Below are positions 60,712-64,000 of a DNA stretch of 64,000 nucleotides, piece after piece. Numbering within the stretch: the first letter of the stretch is position 1; each line of letters begins with the position of its first letter. The notes below the pieces were generated by a model that saw nothing but the letters and a program-made list of their open reading frames with translations, did not search any database and had not been told where the DNA came from. Origin of the DNA: Schmidtea nova. Taxonomy: Eukaryota. The position numbers were made by a program, and so were the translations under genes. The DNA is taken from assembly GCA_044892505.1 (NCBI GenBank), contig CM097882.1, forward strand, positions 292,144,001 to 292,208,000, in the 5' to 3' direction.

Positions 60712-62422
60712 TGCATTGTTGGATAAATATTTCAACATCGCCATCTTTTGTTAGTTCATCCGGCGTTAATTTTCGCAATAATAGTTCGATTGACGTGGTC
60801 GTCATGTTAGATGTTGTTAAAACATATTCGGTTAACTCAAATTCTAATGTTATCCAAAATAAAGAAAATATTTGTCTCTTTGAGGATATTTAAACAAATT
60901 TAAAAACGAGCATTTTTATTTAAAATACTTATAAAATTTAATTCACATTTATTATTTTTTAAAATTAAAACTTTTAAAATTAAATTAAACTATTTTAATG
61001 TAAAATTATTTAATAAAATTTACTTAAATTATTAATCTATTTAATATAAAATTTTTAATAAAACATTTAAAACTTATTTTAACTATCTCCAAATAATTAT
61101 TTAATTTTAATGCTCGCTAATAATCATATCTAAATATTCTCACATAATCCATAAAAGAAAATAGTTAAGTTTTTCTCAATCAAAAGAATAAATGTTAAAA
61201 TTTTGTTATGATTGACAAGTTATACAGGTTTTACGATATAATAACAGTTTTATAAGAACGTACATAGGACGTGTAACAAGGTACAAAGATTTATATTTAA
61301 AAACTATTAATAATTGAATAAGATATTATTAATAAAACTAATATTAATACAAAAACTTACATTTATCATCATAGACATCGCATTTCATAAAAGTGTTTCT
61401 AAAACTCTAAATTGTTTCTAAATATATAATTAAATCAATTTTGAATAGTTGATAGTTAACTTTTGTTATTAGGTAACTAAACAATTATTGTTAAAAAGCA
61501 ACTAGAATATTTCTAAATATGTAACTAAAGATTATTATTTTCATTAATCATATTTTGATCATAGATAAATTAATGTTTAACTATTATCTTATGTATAAAT
61601 AAATTATTTATTAATAACTGGTAACTGTAAATATTTAATTTCCTAATTATTGTTTATCTATAAAAATTAATTATAGGATACCCGTAGACAGATGATATTA
61701 AAACTTTAATTATATAAACCATGGAAAATATAAAGTGTAACTTGGTATTAATTGAAAAACTTCAATGAATGATGCTGTGTTAATGAATCAAGATTTGAAT
61801 ATAGTTACACTGGATAGTAACTTGGACACACCATTATTAAATTCTAATGTGAAAGATTGTTAATATACTAACATTGATGAAGAATTTAAACCTGAAATAA
61901 AATAGTGCGCGGATTATGCTTGTTCAGATTATTGTTAATTAAATGTTTAAAGTTGTAATAAAATAACTGTTAAAGTTGATAAATCTTTATTACATATGTA
62001 ATAAATATATTTAAACATTGAAACACTAATTTTAACCAAAAACATGATTGTATTTCTTTTATATGTTTCCAGTCACCATTTTCTTTGATCCGTGGATAAA
62101 TTTTATTTATTTCTTGTACTGACCAAATTAAATATTTTTGATGTTAATTTGGACATAAAAAGAATTTTTTAACGTAAATAAACTCACGATAACTTTGGAA
62201 CAACAAATACATTCTTCAAACAATGAATTAAAAACATCCTTGAATGCTTATTCTTTTCTATGTTTGTTTTCGGTGTTAGAATTAGTGAGAAATCAATGGT
62301 ACATTGAAACTGCTTTTTTAATTATTCCATTCAAACAATTAACTATTTGATCATCACTTCCATAGACCAAACCATTAACAATTGTATTTATATAATCAGT
62401 CATCGTAAAAAATGAATGTATT
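60712..62422 (+). repeat. Segmental duplication, copy 2 (Gypsy gag start + LTR + flanking block)
   Basis: Matches 8165..8765 and 9250..10205. Confidence 0.9.
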
Positions 62423-63195
62423 GACGTCATCAATATTTTTATGCAAGACTAATGCATATTTTGATTAGTTAATGCAAGATGCATGCACATCTTTGATTAT
62501 TTGATAAAAAATAAATGAACAAATCAAAAGAGAGATATGTGTATATGACACGGTGTGTATATACAAACTAAAAATATTATTATTTCTATTACAAGAAACG
62601 ATATCAGTAATTATTCAATGTTCAAACCAGTTTATATTTTCCATGATTATCAAATATATTTATTACAGAAACCATTAAATTACACATTGATGAAACCTGT
62701 TCAACTTGTGAAGACATGTTACAATTATTGAATAGAAGAATTCGAAAAAGAAGATAGAGAAGCTATAAGTACATTATTTGCTCGTGTCAATAATCAGCTT
62801 TTCTTAAAGAAATCGGTTCCTTGTATAAGGAAAAGAAACAAATCACTTTTAAAGAAATTTCAAAATGGGAATTGAGTATTCAAATACAGGGTTATAAAAT
62901 ATCGCAAATTGGTATCATAATACCAGTTTGGAAGATTATGAACGGAAAATTGTGTAAAATAATAACTGTTGAAAATAATATCTAATAGTTACAGAAAACT
63001 TGAAATGTGCAGTGTCAAAAAAAAATTATTAATGTAACCAAAATTAAGACATTGTAATGTAGAGAATAAGTTTTCAAGAAGATTGATGTAATAATATGTT
63101 AAAACATTATTTGAGCACCTATGAAAAAGTTGAAGCGCAGTGTGCAAAAAATAAATTCAAAATTATAACAAACTTTTATATATCAACTTGTAGAG

Positions 63196-64000
63196 CAGAG
63201 GTTCCCAAACTTCTTTGGCTCTGGACCCACTTGGAAATATTTTTGACATCTCGGACCCACTGAATAAAAGTAAGCATCGAGTACTCAGTAATATCTAATA
63301 AATTGGGTTAAAATATTCCGATTTACAGACAGCGTTTAGAAATTTTAGAAATTAGCACATTTAAAACATAAAAATGAAACTTAGGAAAACAGTAAAAAAT
63401 TTATTTCAATGCAAAAACAACAGTTTTAACAGTGTTATAACAGTTTAACTAATATTTATACTGTCAAGTTTAAAGAATCAATGTGAAGGATGGGCCTGCA
63501 TGTTATTCATAAGTAAGTCAATGCGTGGTTTAAAACAAGTCAGGCACAGTCTCATGTTGTGGTCTGTGCACAGCCTGTTCCTGTATTTAGTTTTCATTGC
63601 CATCAATGCAGAAAATCCAGCCTCACATAGGTATGTGGTTGAAAATGGCAACAACATTGACAAAGCAATATCAGAAAGTTCAGGAAATACAGTTGCAGTA
63701 TTAAGCCAAAAAATAGAAAGACTGTTTTCTGAGAACTTTTCCTTTAGAGTTCGATCACATGAAAGGTCTATAAGTTGTGCTTCATTTGCAGCGGACAAAG
63801 TAACTTTGGTGATATCCACTTGAAAAGGGTTACGGATCCAAGCATTTTGCTCTAGTTGTGCCATGTTTTCTGCAGGAAAATAATGAACAAACTTTGCATG
63901 TAGCAACTCCAGATGGCTTGAAATTGTACTTTTAAGGCTGACTTGAGTGGCACTATCATCCAAATTCTCCTGGGATAAAAAAAATTCTGTCAAACAAGGA
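63196..64000 (-). mobile_element. hAT element (Buster/ZBED5-like) 3' end running off the window
   Basis: End CAGAGGTTCCCAAAC at 63196; ORF 63478..63993 with LLPFSTTYLCEAGFS..MKTKYRNRL. Confidence 0.88.

Noticed and set aside
1-64000. tRNA, rRNA or prokaryotic defence systems
   Set aside because: No cloverleaf, rRNA-like or operon-like sequence seen; the content is eukaryotic.

Overview
Very AT-rich eukaryotic (metazoan, invertebrate-like) DNA that is almost entirely nested mobile elements, with one 154-N gap. Inferred introns are only 39-53 bp; a flatworm-like host is a guess. The dominant feature is Polinton/Maverick (adintovirus-like) sequence. It includes two intact protein-primed DNA polymerase B genes (12.9-17.2 and 20.3-24.8 kb), half a major capsid gene, an adenain-type protease, a DEDD-like ORF, a 1.75-kb subterminal array ending in a Polinton terminus (26820), two further pPolB remnants, a decayed integrase/penton/core/hexon block (55.8-60.3 kb) and a 2.2-kb non-autonomous mini-Polinton with a 6-bp TSD. 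The main unexpected observation is that these Polinton genes appear to carry short GT-AG introns: three phase-1 introns in the same layout in both pPolB genes, one in the protease and one in the integrase remnant. Also present are three Penelope-like insertions with four minimal hammerhead ribozyme motifs, three Gypsy LTR elements, and six hAT elements. Four of the hAT elements have 8-bp TSDs, one carries a ~976-codon Ulp1-protease cargo ORF and one carries an ankyrin-like cargo. The only clear host gene is a two-exon secreted C-type lectin. All calls are by eye from motifs; no database searches were run.
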